From assembly GCA_964421085.1 (NCBI GenBank), contig CAYQVO010000005.1, forward strand, positions 54,930 to 118,929: a stretch of DNA of 64,000 nt, written 5' to 3'. Of this stretch, positions 17,797 to 27,913 are shown piece by piece; position 1 is the stretch's first letter, and every line of letters starts with the position of its first letter. The position numbers were made by a program, and so were the translations under genes. The stretch is from an uncultured Bdellovibrionales bacterium (GTDB lineage: Bacteria; Bdellovibrionota_C; UBA2361; CAYQVO01). Below the pieces are notes generated by a model. That model made no database searches. It was not told the origin of the DNA and saw only the letters and a program-made list of their open reading frames with translations.

Positions 17797-19163
17797 AACT
17801 CTCCCGCACCGTCCCCGTCGCTCTTCTGGCGCTCCGGCGGAATCTCATGCGCGCCTTCCTCACAATGCTCGGCATCATGATTGGAATCGCAGCTGTTATT
17901 GCCATGATGGAAATAGGGCAGGGCTCTTCCAGGGCGATTCAAAAGACGATTGCGAGCATGGGCGCAAATACTCTGCTTGTGCTCCCGGGGACCGCTGCAA
18001 GCGGTGGAGTGAGCTTCGGAGCAGGGAGTGTTCTTTCTATGACTCCGGATGATGCTGCCGCAATCCTGAGGGATATCCCGGCAGTACGGGCGACTGCTCC
18101 GGTTGTGCGCGCAAGGACTCAAGCGACATACGGCAACAAGAACTGGGTGCCGCTGAATATTTACGGCACTACCCCGTCGTTTCTTGATGTGCGGGACTGG
18201 AGGACTCTGACTGAAGGCGAGATGTTCACCGGGCAGGAAGTCAGGAACGCGGGAAAAGTCTGCGTTATCGGACATACAGTCGCCCGGGAGCTTTTCGGGA
18301 ATGAGTCACCCGTCGGAAAGGAACTCCGGATAAAAAATGTCTCTTTCCGGGTCGTCGGCGTGCTGAGCCGAAAGGGCGCCAATATGATGGGAATGGATCA
18401 GGACGACATAATCATCGCGCCCTGGACATCCATTAAGCTCAGGGTTTCAGGGACGAGCACAACGGCAACGCAGGCTGTTTCGGAGTCATCCGAATCAAGT
18501 TCGGCAATGCTCCGGAACAGGCTTTATCCGGCCGTGGAGCAGAGTCTTTATCCTGAAGCAGACCCCAATCGGGCGTCCGATCAGCCGATGCCGACCCGGT
18601 TCAGCAACATCGACCAGATCCTTGTCGCGGCCCGGTCTTCCCGCCATACTGCCATAGCCACTGAACAGATAACAATGCTGCTCAGGGAGAGGCATCGAAT
18701 TACTCCGGGCGAACCTGACGATTTCAGCATTCGAAATATGTCGGAAGTCACAAACGCTCTTTCTTCCACTACGAAGCTGATGACAAATCTCCTGCTTGGA
18801 GTCGCCCTTATATCGCTTATCGTCGGAGGGGTGGGAATCATGAATATAATGCTCGTCTCCGTGACCGAGCGGACGAGGGAGATAGGGCTTCGCATGGCTG
18901 TAGGAGCGAGGGGAAAAGACATTCTTCAGCAGTTTCTGGTTGAAGCGCTCGTTCTCTGCCTTGCGGGCGGAATCATAGGAATCCTGCTCGGGCGCGGGAT
19001 ATCTCTTCTTGTACGCCTTCTTCTTCGGTGGCCGACTGAACTGTCGCTGCTCGCTATTGTTGCCGCCGTCACAGTTTCTCTGACCGTGGGAGTCGTTTTT
19101 GGTTTTTATCCGGCATGGAAAGCTTCGAGGATGGATCCGATTCAGGCGCTGCATTATGAGTGA
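17793..19163 (+). CDS. ABC transporter permease (MacB/FtsX family, large periplasmic domain)
   Basis: N-terminal TM, a periplasmic domain of about 250 aa and a C-terminal FtsX-like 3-TM bundle. It overlaps the ATPase stop. Confidence 0.8.
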   Translation: MKLSRTVPVALLALRRNLMRAFLTMLGIMIGIAAVIAMMEIGQGSSRAIQKTIASMGANTLLVLPGTAASGGVSFGAGSVLSMTPDDAAAILRDIPAVRATAPVVRARTQATYGNKNWVPLNIYGTTPSFLDVRDWRTLTEGEMFTGQEVRNAGKVCVIGHTVARELFGNESPVGKELRIKNVSFRVVGVLSRKGANMMGMDQDDIIIAPWTSIKLRVSGTSTTATQAVSESSESSSAMLRNRLYPAVEQSLYPEADPNRASDQPMPTRFSNIDQILVAARSSRHTAIATEQITMLLRERHRITPGEPDDFSIRNMSEVTNALSSTTKLMTNLLLGVALISLIVGGVGIMNIMLVSVTERTREIGLRMAVGARGKDILQQFLVEALVLCLAGGIIGILLGRGISLLVRLLLRWPTELSLLAIVAAVTVSLTVGVVFGFYPAWKASRMDPIQALHYE

Positions 19164-19225
19164 GGGGGATTCATCGCAATGACGGTTTTCCGACAATTCG
19201 TCAGGCCGATTCGAGCCCGGCGACT

Positions 19226-20845
19226 TCAATGCACCTGCACGTGCGATCCCCTCTGCCACTCTTCCAGAATCGCGGCGAGCGATGAATAATCCATCGGTTT
19301 CAGGAGGTGGTAGTTGATTCCCGCCTGTTTTGAAAGCTGAATGTCCTTCTGCTGGCCATAGCCGCTTACTGCCACGATAAGAGTATCCTCCAGTCCCTGA
19401 CTGCGGAGCCTTCGGGCGACTTCATAACCATCGATACCCGGAAGGCCGATGTCCAGAAGTATCACGTCCGGGTGCATATCAAGGGCGGAGTGAAACCCCT
19501 CTGTGCCGGTGTGGGCGACCTGCACCCGGTGACCATCGAGCTCGAGCTGCGCCGCCATCAGCATTGCCGTGTCTTTGTTGTCTTCCACAACGAGAATATC
19601 GAGCTGAGGCATCTCCACCGATGGTCTCGTGCGGCCTTCCTGAGAGGCGTCGATACGCGGAGCAATCGGAAGGCGTATTTCGAATTCGCTGCCGGTATTC
19701 AGTCCCTGACTTCTGACGACGACTGTGCCTCCGTGAAGTTCCACAAGCCTTCGCACGAGAAAAAGGCCGACACCCAGGCCGCCTTCCGGCCTGTGCAGGC
19801 TCGTATCCACCTGCCCGAACATTTCAAAAATCTGGCCCTGCATCTCGGGGCGGATCCCGATGCCGTTATCCTTTACCGAGACGAAAGCCTGTGCGCCGTC
19901 TCTTCGCACGACTACTGAAATTGTTCCGTCTTGAGGGGTGAACTGCGCGGCGTTGGTGATGAGATTAGTCAGGATCTGTTCAAGTCTGGTGAGATCAGCA
20001 TTTACATACACTGATTCTTCCACTCTGACTGATACAGTATGGCGGCGCTGCTCAATCAAAGGCCTTGCGACTTCGGTTGCCCGTGCGACTGCCGATGCCA
20101 GCGATGTGGTCTCTTTCCTCAGGTCAATCTTTCCCCGCACTATTCTCGAGACATCGAGCAGATCGTCGATCAGGCGGGCAAGCTGCCTCGTCCGCATCTT
20201 CAGGGCCTCTCTGGCCGCGCGCTCGTGCTCCCGCCGGGCTGTCGGAGTCGAGAGAATCTGGGCAGCAGCGCTTATGCTTGCCAGAGGATTTCTCAGCTCA
20301 TGCGCGAGCAGCGCAAGGAATTCGTCCTTCTGCTGATCGGCCCGGCGCAGGGCGTCTTCCGCTTCCTTTCTGTCTGATATGTCCCGAAAACACGCTATGC
20401 CGCCGGTTATTTCCCCGTCGCGGTTTCTCAGGGGCGTGGCGTTCACAATTACGGATCGCCTCTGTCCATCAGCCGAGTCAATCACAAGTTCGACGTTTTT
20501 GACCTCTTCACCGTGATGAATGGCGCGGTAAAGCGGCATCTGGTCTTTTGCAGGTTTTGTCGTTCCATTTGCCAGAAAGATTCCCCATCTCTCGTAATGC
20601 TCGTCGGCGGGGAAGCCGACAAGAGCTTCAACAGGTCTTCCGGTCAGTTCCGTCATCATCCGGCTTGCCCGCTCGATCCTGAAATCGGGAGGTCCTCCCG
20701 CTATGACGATTCCATCAGGAACGCTTTCCATCAGGGCGTCAATCGTCCGGAAGCTCTCTTCTGCCTCGTGCTGAAATTCAGCACGGTCCGCAGGAGAGGG
20801 GAAGAACCTCTCTTCTTCACCAGAATGTTCGCCTTCCCGTGTCAT
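19226..20845 (-). CDS. cytoplasmic PAS-containing hybrid sensor histidine kinase/response regulator
   Basis: HisKA 'HELRNPLASI', HATPase G-boxes 'DNGIGI' and 'GLGVGL', and a C-terminal receiver 'ILVVEDNKD...DVILLDIGLPGIDGY'. Confidence 0.8.
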   Translation of the reverse strand: MTREGEHSGEEERFFPSPADRAEFQHEAEESFRTIDALMESVPDGIVIAGGPPDFRIERASRMMTELTGRPVEALVGFPADEHYERWGIFLANGTTKPAKDQMPLYRAIHHGEEVKNVELVIDSADGQRRSVIVNATPLRNRDGEITGGIACFRDISDRKEAEDALRRADQQKDEFLALLAHELRNPLASISAAAQILSTPTARREHERAAREALKMRTRQLARLIDDLLDVSRIVRGKIDLRKETTSLASAVARATEVARPLIEQRRHTVSVRVEESVYVNADLTRLEQILTNLITNAAQFTPQDGTISVVVRRDGAQAFVSVKDNGIGIRPEMQGQIFEMFGQVDTSLHRPEGGLGVGLFLVRRLVELHGGTVVVRSQGLNTGSEFEIRLPIAPRIDASQEGRTRPSVEMPQLDILVVEDNKDTAMLMAAQLELDGHRVQVAHTGTEGFHSALDMHPDVILLDIGLPGIDGYEVARRLRSQGLEDTLIVAVSGYGQQKDIQLSKQAGINYHLLKPMDYSSLAAILEEWQRGSHVQVH

Positions 20846-23355
20846 AATGCTGCGCGTGCCCCCTCGTCTGTATGTGTCTGTGAAATCTGTTCATCGGCTT
20901 GTTCGAGCGCAGGAGGTTCCAGCGCGCTGCTGAAAACCTCGTCGATGTTATCCACTGTGATCAGATTCATCTCGTTGCGGACTTCTTCCGGCAGGTCGTC
21001 CAGATCCTTTTCGTTGTGTTTCGGGAGAATGAGTGTCATTACGTCGGCGCGGTGAGCAGCCAGAGCTTTTTCCTTTATCCCTCCGACCGGAAGCACCTTG
21101 CCTCTGAGAGTAATCTCGCCTGTCATTGAAACGTCCGACCTGACAAGGCGCCCGGTAGCGAGAGAAGCAAGCGCTGTCGCCATGGTTACGCCCGCTGACG
21201 GGCCATCCTTTGGAATTGCGCCTGCAGGGACATGAATGTGAATATCGCTTCTTTCGAAGTAATCATCCGGAATGCCCAGCCGATCCGCATTCGCCCTCAC
21301 CAGGCTGAAGGCCGCCTGGGCGGATTCTTTCATGATTTCTCCAAGCTGTCCCGTAACAGCGAAATTGTTCCTGCCTTTCATCCGCGTCGCTTCAATGAAC
21401 ATGATATCTCCGCCTGCAGCGGTGACAGCCACCCCGATTGCAACACCGGGTGTATCCGTTCGCTCTTTTGCATCGTGGTAGTACTGAGGCTTGCCGAGAA
21501 TCTCATGCCCTCTCTGCACGTCGATGCGGGCCGGTTCCCTGCTGCCGTCCTCTCCGGCAATGGCAACGGCAACCCGCCGGCAGATCTGACCCATTCGCCT
21601 CTCGAGTTCCCGGACGCCTGCTTCACGCGTAAAGCTCTCAATGATCATGAGGATGGCCTCGTCTGAAAAGGAAATTTCGGCGGGCTGGAGCCCGTTCTCC
21701 TGAATCTGTCTCGGCAGCAGGTACTGCTTCGCGATATGGAGTTTTTCCTGCTGGGTATAGCCTGACAGTTCAACTATCTCCATCCGATCACGGAGAGGCG
21801 GCGGAATGGTCTCGAGCACATTTGCAGTCGCTATGAAAAGGATCTGACTGAGGTCGAATGCGACATTAAGATAGTTGTCACGAAACTCCCGGTTCTGTTC
21901 AGGATCGAGAACTTCGAGCAGCGCAGACGAGGGATCTCCACGCCAGTCGGCGCTTACTTTATCCACTTCATCGAGCATGAAAACCGGGTTCTTTGTCCCT
22001 GCGCGCCGGATCGACTGAAGAATGCGTCCCGGGACAGATCCAATGTATGTTCGGCGGTGTCCTCTTATCTCCGCTTCGTCGTGCAGTCCGCCGAGACTCA
22101 TCCTGACGAACTTCCTTCCCATGGCGCGGGCTATCGAGACTCCAAGTGAAGTCTTGCCCACTCCCGGAGGCCCGATGAAGCAGAGTATTGCGCCTTCCCT
22201 CTCGGGTCGAAGCACCGGCTGCGCCGCGGAAACCGCATCTCTTTTTCTGTCGTGTTTCAGCTTCCGGACCGCAAGATACTCGAGAATCCTCTCTTTAATC
22301 TCTTCCAGGTCATAGTGGTCGGCGTCGAGAGTCTCCCTCGCATTCTCGATATCCAGAACATCGGGAGTGGCTTTTTTCCACGGCATCTCGATAAGCCACT
22401 CAACGTAGGTCTCAATCATGGGAAGTTCAGCCGATCCTGGCGGCATAGCTTCAATCCGCTTGAGCTCGCGCAGTGCTTCTTCCATTGCTTCGGGCGGCAT
22501 CCCCGCATCCTCTATCCTTTTCCTGTACTGCTCGGCCCGGTTGCCGGATTCTTCATCTTCCCCGAGTTCCGACTGGATTGATTTCATCTGCTGCCGGAGG
22601 AGATATTCCTTTTGAGTCTTCTCGATCTTCGACCTGGTATCTGAAAGAATCTTTTTCCCCAGCTCGAGAACCTCGATTTCGCGCTCCAGTATTTCGGTCA
22701 TCCGGAGTATTTTCTCTTTTATGCTGTCCAGTTCGAGCAGGTTCTGCGAGACATCCGGCTCCAGGCTGAGCGCGCTCGCGATCAGATAAATAACGTGCCG
22801 TGGATCCTCCGATCTTGACGCGTTGACGGCGAGTTCATCGGGAAGGTTGGTCGAAAGAACAACAAGTCTTGAGAACTGTCGTGTCATAGCCCGGTACATC
22901 GCTTCCGCTTCGAGATCGTCAGGTGGGAAGGGAATGTCCTCGCGTTTATTTATGTGCATTCGAATATAGGGGACGGTGGACACCACTGACAAAAGCTCTA
23001 TACGCTCGTGACCCTGAATGAAGACCTGCGTTGTGTTGTCTGTTCCCTTGAAAAGGCGGACAACATAACCCAGGGTGCCTATGTTGTGAAGATGCTCAGG
23101 GGAAATGTCGCTTTCATCCAGCTCCCCGGGCGATATGACAGAGCTGAGCGCTACGAGCCTGTCCCCCATGCTTGCGTCGTTAAGGAGCCTCGCAACCTTC
23201 TCGTCCCGGAGCACGATTGGTACTGTAGTCCAGGGAAACACTACGAATCCGCGCGTGGGAATAACAGGCAATACAGCGGGGATTTCACGGCTTCTCAATC
23301 TGTCCGCACCTCCAACAAGCACAAAATTCGGTTCTTCACCCCTGCCCGATACCAT
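20842..23355 (-). CDS. lon: ATP-dependent Lon protease (second paralog, LonA-type)
   Basis: Lon N-domain, Walker A 'GPPGVGKTS', and Ser-Lys dyad region '[18 protein letters not shown]...'. 837 aa. It overlaps the hybrid-kinase start by 4 nt. Confidence 0.85.
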   Translation of the reverse strand: MVSGRGEEPNFVLVGGADRLRSREIPAVLPVIPTRGFVVFPWTTVPIVLRDEKVARLLNDASMGDRLVALSSVISPGELDESDISPEHLHNIGTLGYVVRLFKGTDNTTQVFIQGHERIELLSVVSTVPYIRMHINKREDIPFPPDDLEAEAMYRAMTRQFSRLVVLSTNLPDELAVNASRSEDPRHVIYLIASALSLEPDVSQNLLELDSIKEKILRMTEILEREIEVLELGKKILSDTRSKIEKTQKEYLLRQQMKSIQSELGEDEESGNRAEQYRKRIEDAGMPPEAMEEALRELKRIEAMPPGSAELPMIETYVEWLIEMPWKKATPDVLDIENARETLDADHYDLEEIKERILEYLAVRKLKHDRKRDAVSAAQPVLRPEREGAILCFIGPPGVGKTSLGVSIARAMGRKFVRMSLGGLHDEAEIRGHRRTYIGSVPGRILQSIRRAGTKNPVFMLDEVDKVSADWRGDPSSALLEVLDPEQNREFRDNYLNVAFDLSQILFIATANVLETIPPPLRDRMEIVELSGYTQQEKLHIAKQYLLPRQIQENGLQPAEISFSDEAILMIIESFTREAGVRELERRMGQICRRVAVAIAGEDGSREPARIDVQRGHEILGKPQYYHDAKERTDTPGVAIGVAVTAAGGDIMFIEATRMKGRNNFAVTGQLGEIMKESAQAAFSLVRANADRLGIPDDYFERSDIHIHVPAGAIPKDGPSAGVTMATALASLATGRLVRSDVSMTGEITLRGKVLPVGGIKEKALAAHRADVMTLILPKHNEKDLDDLPEEVRNEMNLITVDNIDEVFSSALEPPALEQADEQISQTHTDEGARAAL

Positions 23356-23367
23356 ACCAGGTTTTCC

Positions 23368-23763
23368 TCAATCCGTTTCAACTGAACTTCCCACCACCGG
23401 AATTCTTCTGGCCTTCGCCCGCGGGCACCTTACGACCAGGAAACCATCGTCGTATTGTGCGCGTATTCGCCTTTCATCAACGTGAAGATCCGGCGGAATC
23501 TCGACTTCAATCCTGAAGAAACCGAAAGGGATCTCCATCGCATAAAAACCATCTTTGCACCCGCCGTAATCAGTGCGGTTCCCCGAGATCTCCACTGTTC
23601 CCGGACGGGTGACGATTGAAAAATCTTCATCCTTAAGTCCGGCGAGTTCGATGCGTATGATCAGATCGCCGCAGTGAGTGAAGACATCTGTGCGGGGATG
23701 AAAGGCGATCTCATCCCGTCTGGAAATCTCAGAATGGGAAAACAGCATGAGTGTCTGAATCAT
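23368..23763 (-). CDS. Hsp20/alpha-crystallin family small heat-shock protein
   Basis: 131 aa with the alpha-crystallin domain pattern ('FHPRTDVFTHCGDLIIRIELAGLKDEDF...GFFRIEVEIP'). It sits 12 nt upstream of lon2. Confidence 0.65.
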   Translation of the reverse strand: MIQTLMLFSHSEISRRDEIAFHPRTDVFTHCGDLIIRIELAGLKDEDFSIVTRPGTVEISGNRTDYGGCKDGFYAMEIPFGFFRIEVEIPPDLHVDERRIRAQYDDGFLVVRCPRAKARRIPVVGSSVETD

Positions 23764-23807
23764 ATAGCGGCCGTATGGAAGTATCGGAAAAGACTGAAAA
23801 GGCGGGA

Positions 23808-23851
23808 ATGATGGGGATCACGGCATAAACGGCCAAAGGGGGAAGGACTTC
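23808..23851 (-). promoter_or_regulatory. candidate sigma-32 heat-shock promoter (-35 CCCTTTGG, 14-nt spacer, -10 CCCCATCAT) upstream of hsp20
   Basis: The minus-strand sequence reads 'ccccctttggccgtttatgccgtgatccccatcat'; coordinates approximate. Confidence 0.4.
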
Positions 23852-23956
23852 TTCATTAACGCCGCCGGACCCATTCGATTATCTGTTCAGCGACGCTGTT
23901 CGCTGCGGTGTTGAACGCCTTCACAGCTCAATCGTTACCGGGAAGTTTACCGCTCG

Positions 23957-24463
23957 ATGATCGGAGGTCCTCACGGTGAACTCCCGGCGCCGATCCGGCA
24001 GATCAATAAGTGCGTCGCCGTATTTCCTGATGTCGTTACGGCTGCCATTGGTGTCGGTGGAACACACGGGAAGGGAGTCGCTCACTGCAGAAACGACGCA
24101 GGAACCTTCGACGAGTCCTTCAACATGCCATTGGAGGGAATGACTGCGCACTCCAGGGCAAAAGGGGTTTATGCCGGAGCTTCTCTTACGGGCGCCAATC
24201 TGAGCCGGGATGAGAATTCTCAGAGGGCGTTTTTAGGCATTGACCAGTACACGTTCAATGTTGCGGTTCCAGCCGGGCGCCGGAAAATGGTGAGGGAATT
24301 TCACGCGATGCTGACATGGGTTGCTGCGGGAGATTCTTCGGCTTACGGGGGGTTAGCTCTCCCTGTCATCCTGAACGCGCCGAAGGACATCCTCATTCCC
24401 GCTCCCATCCTTGACCTCATATGCCCGCTGTTGTTAGGGTTTACACTGCAAATAAACAGCTAA
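23957..24463 (+). CDS. SYLF (DUF500)-like protein, apparently degenerate or truncated
   Basis: 'KCVAVFPDVVTAAIGVGGTHGKGVA' and 'AHSRAKGVYAGASLTGANL' resemble SYLF motifs. The central part and any signal peptide appear to be missing. Confidence 0.3.
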   Translation: MIGGPHGELPAPIRQINKCVAVFPDVVTAAIGVGGTHGKGVAHCRNDAGTFDESFNMPLEGMTAHSRAKGVYAGASLTGANLSRDENSQRAFLGIDQYTFNVAVPAGRRKMVREFHAMLTWVAAGDSSAYGGLALPVILNAPKDILIPAPILDLICPLLLGFTLQINS

Positions 24464-24497
24464 CTTCCTGTTCTTTCACTTATAACAAGGAAAACAT

Positions 24498-27212
24498 ATG
24501 ACTACTAAATACGTATATTATTTTGGCCCCGACGGGACCGAGGGGGACGCAAGCATGAAGAATTCCCTTGGGGGAAAGGGTGCAAACCTCGCCGAAATGG
24601 CAAAGCTCGGCCTGCCGGTTCCTGCAGGCTTTACGATCTCAACAGATTTCTGCACGCGCTACTTCCAGGAAGGGAGAAAGTTCCCGGAGTCACTCAAGGC
24701 CGAAGTCGCCGAAGCTCTGCAGAAAGTCGAATCAGCCATGGACATGAAATACGGCGATCCTGAGAATCCGCTTCTCGTTTCCGCAAGAAGCGGCGCAAGA
24801 AGATCAATGCCGGGCATGATGGAGACAGTTCTTAACGTTGGTCTCTGCTCAAAGACGATTCCGGGTATCATCAAAAAGTCAAACAACCCCCGCTTTGTTT
24901 ACGACGCATATCGCCGCCTCATCGCGATGTACTCTGATGTCGTAATGGAGAAAGCCGAGGACATCGAAGTTCAGGACGGAAAAGGTATCCGCGTTCAGCT
25001 TGATCACATCATGGAAGAACTTAAGAAGAGCAAGGGGTACAAGTCCGATACCGACCTTAGTGCCGACGATCTTGCAGGCATGTGCGAGGATTACAAAGTC
25101 CGCGTGAAGCAGGTTCTAGGTCGTGATTTCCCTGATGATCCGCAGGAGCAGCTCTGGGGCGCAATAGGCGCGGTCTTCAAGAGCTGGGAAGGAAGACGAG
25201 CAGTCTCCTACCGGCAGATCGAAGGAATTCCGGGTGAATGGGGAACGGCCTGCAATGTCCAGAGCATGGTCTTTGGAAATATGGGTGAGACCTCCGCAAC
25301 CGGCGTCGCCTTCTCGCGCAACCCCGCCACCGGCGAAAATAAGTTCTACGGCGAGTGGCTTGTAAATGCGCAGGGCGAGGACGTGGTTGCCGGCATTCGC
25401 ACTCCGAATCCAATCAATGAGAGCACAAAAAATGAGCAGAATAAGCATCTGCACTCTCTCGAGACCGAGTGGCCGGAGCTTTACAGGCAGCTCTTTGATA
25501 TCCGCACAAGGCTCGAGACTCACTACAAAGACATGCAGGACATCGAGTTTACGATTCAGGAAAAGAAGCTCTTCATGCTTCAGTGCCGGAATGGAAAGAG
25601 AACGGGAACAGCCGCGCTGAACATGGCGATGGACATGCTCGAAGACAAACTTATCGACGAGAAAACCGCAGTCATGCGCGTCGAGCCCGCACAGCTGGAC
25701 GAACTGCTGCATCCCATCGTCAATCCGGCCGCCGAGAAGAATGCGGCAGTGCTTGTAAGCGGACTTCCTGCCGGACCGGGCGGTGCGGTTGGAAAGATTG
25801 TTTTCAGTTCTGCAGACGCGGTTGCATGGGCAAAGAAAGGAGAGAAGGTCCTTCTGGTGCGTGAAGAGACCAACCCTGAGGACGTCGAAGGAATGCGCGC
25901 AGCTCAGGGTATTCTGACTGCACGCGGTGGAATGCGCAGCCATGCCGCCCTCGTGGCCCGCGGATGGGGCAAGTGCTGCATCGTCGGCGCCGCCGGAATC
26001 CACCTCGAGTACGGCGCAAAGATCATGAAAGTCGGCGACAAGGTCCTGAAGGAAGGCGAGACGCTGACACTGAACGGAACCCGCGGACGGGTTTATCAGG
26101 GCGCTCTGGAGATGATGGATGCGACCGAAAATCCCCGCTTTAAAGAGTTCATGAAGCTGGTGGACAAGTACCGCACTATGGGTGTCCGCACCAATGCCGA
26201 CACTCCTGAAGATGCCCGCGTTGCGCGCGGGTTCGGCGCGGAAGGTATCGGCCTCTTCCGCACAGAGCACATGTTCTATGGAAAGGGTTCCGACCAGCCC
26301 CTCTTCCTTCTGCGAAAGATGATTTTGAGCAACTCGGTCGAAGAGCGGAAAGCGGCGATCAGCGAGCTCTATCCTTTCGTCAAGCGCGACATCAAGAACA
26401 CGATTGAAGCGATGGAAGGCCTTCCCGTGACAATCCGTCTTCTTGATCCGCCGCTTCATGAGTTTGTTCCCCAGAATCCCGCAGCCCAGGCGGAGCTTGC
26501 AAAGGCTCTCGGCATCTCGGCTCAGGATGTGAAGAAGAGGGGAGAACTGCTCCATGAATCCAATCCCATGATGGGTCACCGAGGTGTGCGTCTCGGGATT
26601 ACCTATCCCGAAGTCACTGAGATGCAGGTGCGCGCAATCTTCGAAGGCGCCGGCGAGCTTATCAAGGCCGGAAAGAAGGCGAGTCCGGAGATCATGGTGC
26701 CTGTTACATGCGCATCAGCGGAACTCGACCAGACGAAGAAGATCGTCGACCGGGTTCATGCTGAAGTCGAGAAATCTCTCGGCGTCGGGATCAAGTACCT
26801 TTACGGCACGATGATCGAGATTCCGCGCGCATGTCTCCTCGCCGACCAGATGGCGAAGACAGCACAGTTCTTCTCGTTCGGTACGAACGACCTTACACAG
26901 ATGACCTATGGATTCAGCCGTGATGATATCGGCGGGTTCCTTGGCGACTATATCGAGGACAAAATCCTCGATACCGATCCCTTCCAGACCATCGACCAGA
27001 GCGGCGTAGGCCAGCTCATCGAAATGGCAGTGAAGAGGGGGCGTGGAACAAGAAGCGACCTCAAGATTGGAATCTGCGGCGAGCAGGGAGGAGATCCTGC
27101 ATCAGTAGAGTTCTGCTTCCAGCAGGGTCTCAACTATGTGAGCTGCTCACCATACCGTGTGCCTATTGCACGTCTTGCTGCAACACAGGCTGCGCTGAAG
27201 GCTGGGAAGTAG
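24498..27212 (+). CDS. ppdK: pyruvate, phosphate dikinase
   Basis: 904 aa. The N-terminus 'FGPDGTEGDASMKNSLGGKGANLAEM' is PPDK-typical. The phosphohistidine domain 'GGMRSHAALVARGWGKCCIVG' and C-terminal PEP-utilising 'FFSFGTNDLTQ' are present. Confidence 0.9.
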   Translation: MTTKYVYYFGPDGTEGDASMKNSLGGKGANLAEMAKLGLPVPAGFTISTDFCTRYFQEGRKFPESLKAEVAEALQKVESAMDMKYGDPENPLLVSARSGARRSMPGMMETVLNVGLCSKTIPGIIKKSNNPRFVYDAYRRLIAMYSDVVMEKAEDIEVQDGKGIRVQLDHIMEELKKSKGYKSDTDLSADDLAGMCEDYKVRVKQVLGRDFPDDPQEQLWGAIGAVFKSWEGRRAVSYRQIEGIPGEWGTACNVQSMVFGNMGETSATGVAFSRNPATGENKFYGEWLVNAQGEDVVAGIRTPNPINESTKNEQNKHLHSLETEWPELYRQLFDIRTRLETHYKDMQDIEFTIQEKKLFMLQCRNGKRTGTAALNMAMDMLEDKLIDEKTAVMRVEPAQLDELLHPIVNPAAEKNAAVLVSGLPAGPGGAVGKIVFSSADAVAWAKKGEKVLLVREETNPEDVEGMRAAQGILTARGGMRSHAALVARGWGKCCIVGAAGIHLEYGAKIMKVGDKVLKEGETLTLNGTRGRVYQGALEMMDATENPRFKEFMKLVDKYRTMGVRTNADTPEDARVARGFGAEGIGLFRTEHMFYGKGSDQPLFLLRKMILSNSVEERKAAISELYPFVKRDIKNTIEAMEGLPVTIRLLDPPLHEFVPQNPAAQAELAKALGISAQDVKKRGELLHESNPMMGHRGVRLGITYPEVTEMQVRAIFEGAGELIKAGKKASPEIMVPVTCASAELDQTKKIVDRVHAEVEKSLGVGIKYLYGTMIEIPRACLLADQMAKTAQFFSFGTNDLTQMTYGFSRDDIGGFLGDYIEDKILDTDPFQTIDQSGVGQLIEMAVKRGRGTRSDLKIGICGEQGGDPASVEFCFQQGLNYVSCSPYRVPIARLAATQAALKAGK

Positions 27213-27233
27213 CGGCGCTTATATGAATTGAAG

Positions 27234-27275
27234 GCGGCATCCCTTTCGCCTGAGAGGCGGGAGATGCCGCTTTTT
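27234..27275 (+). terminator. rho-independent terminator of ppdK (stem gcggcatc/gatgccgc with a nested hairpin, then TTTTT)
   Basis: Read from the sequence. Confidence 0.55.
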
Positions 27276-27280
27276 CGAAA

Positions 27281-27375
27281 GAAAAAGGACACCCACTTTT
27301 TAATCGCGGGAAAGTCGAGCAGTTTCAATGGTATAGATGTTCGGAGAGGGCTTCGAAAAAGTGGGTGTCCTTTTT
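27281..27375. repeat. 14-bp inverted repeat (aaaaggacacccac / gtgggtgtcctttt) with A/T runs on both sides
   Basis: Arms about 55 nt apart between convergent ppdK and the redoxin-like gene. Possible bidirectional terminator. Confidence 0.4.
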
Positions 27376-27385
27376 ATTCCCCACT

Positions 27386-27913
27386 TCACGACTTCGCAAA
27401 CTCCCGCAGAAGCGCTTTAAGTTCATCAATCCTCTCCTGCCCTGCCTTTCCGCGCTGGACATACCGTACTGTTCCGCTTCGGTCTATGACCACGACATTA
27501 CTGTGATCCACCGTCATGTCGTAATCCTTCAGCATCCTTCCATCCCAGTCGCAGTAAATTGTGACATCTTCCTCTTCCGACCTGCTGCGGATATCCCGCT
27601 TCCAGAAAGGAATAAGCAGCCAGGAAGCGGATGTGCAGTCAACAACGGGCGCTACGATGGTTGTCTCTTCGTACCGGTCGGACTCCTCGTAAAGCGCAGA
27701 AAGCTGGTTCTGAAGCACATCGTTCTCTTCCGCGGAGTCGGGAGACTGGTAAAGGATGACCAGGTTTGTCTTTTCTATCCGATCGAGAGTGAGCACTTCT
27801 TCATCTCCGGACGAAACGGAAAACGCCGGCGCTTTATCTCCGGGCGCCAGGGCGTTTGTCCCGGATGGGAGCAGAGTTAAGAAAAGAAGAAGAGAGAGTA
27901 GAAATCCGCTCAC
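27386..27913 (-). CDS. secreted thioredoxin-fold (TlpA/redoxin-like) protein lacking the catalytic cysteines
   Basis: Signal peptide, then '[34 protein letters not shown]' (a redoxin pattern without WCxxC) and '[28 protein letters not shown]'. The probable GTG start overlaps the IDH stop (GTGA). Confidence 0.4.
   Translation of the reverse strand: MSGFLLSLLLFLTLLPSGTNALAPGDKAPAFSVSSGDEEVLTLDRIEKTNLVILYQSPDSAEENDVLQNQLSALYEESDRYEETTIVAPVVDCTSASWLLIPFWKRDIRSRSEEEDVTIYCDWDGRMLKDYDMTVDHSNVVVIDRSGTVRYVQRGKAGQERIDELKALLREFAKS

Noticed and set aside
16306-18275. Several 190-280-aa minus-strand ORFs across the macA and macB genes
   Set aside because: Antisense shadows of genes with strong ABC and adaptor motifs.
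25116-26579. 487-aa ORF on the minus strand
   Set aside because: It is entirely antisense to ppdK. ppdK has unmistakable PPDK motifs across its whole length, so this is a high-GC shadow ORF.
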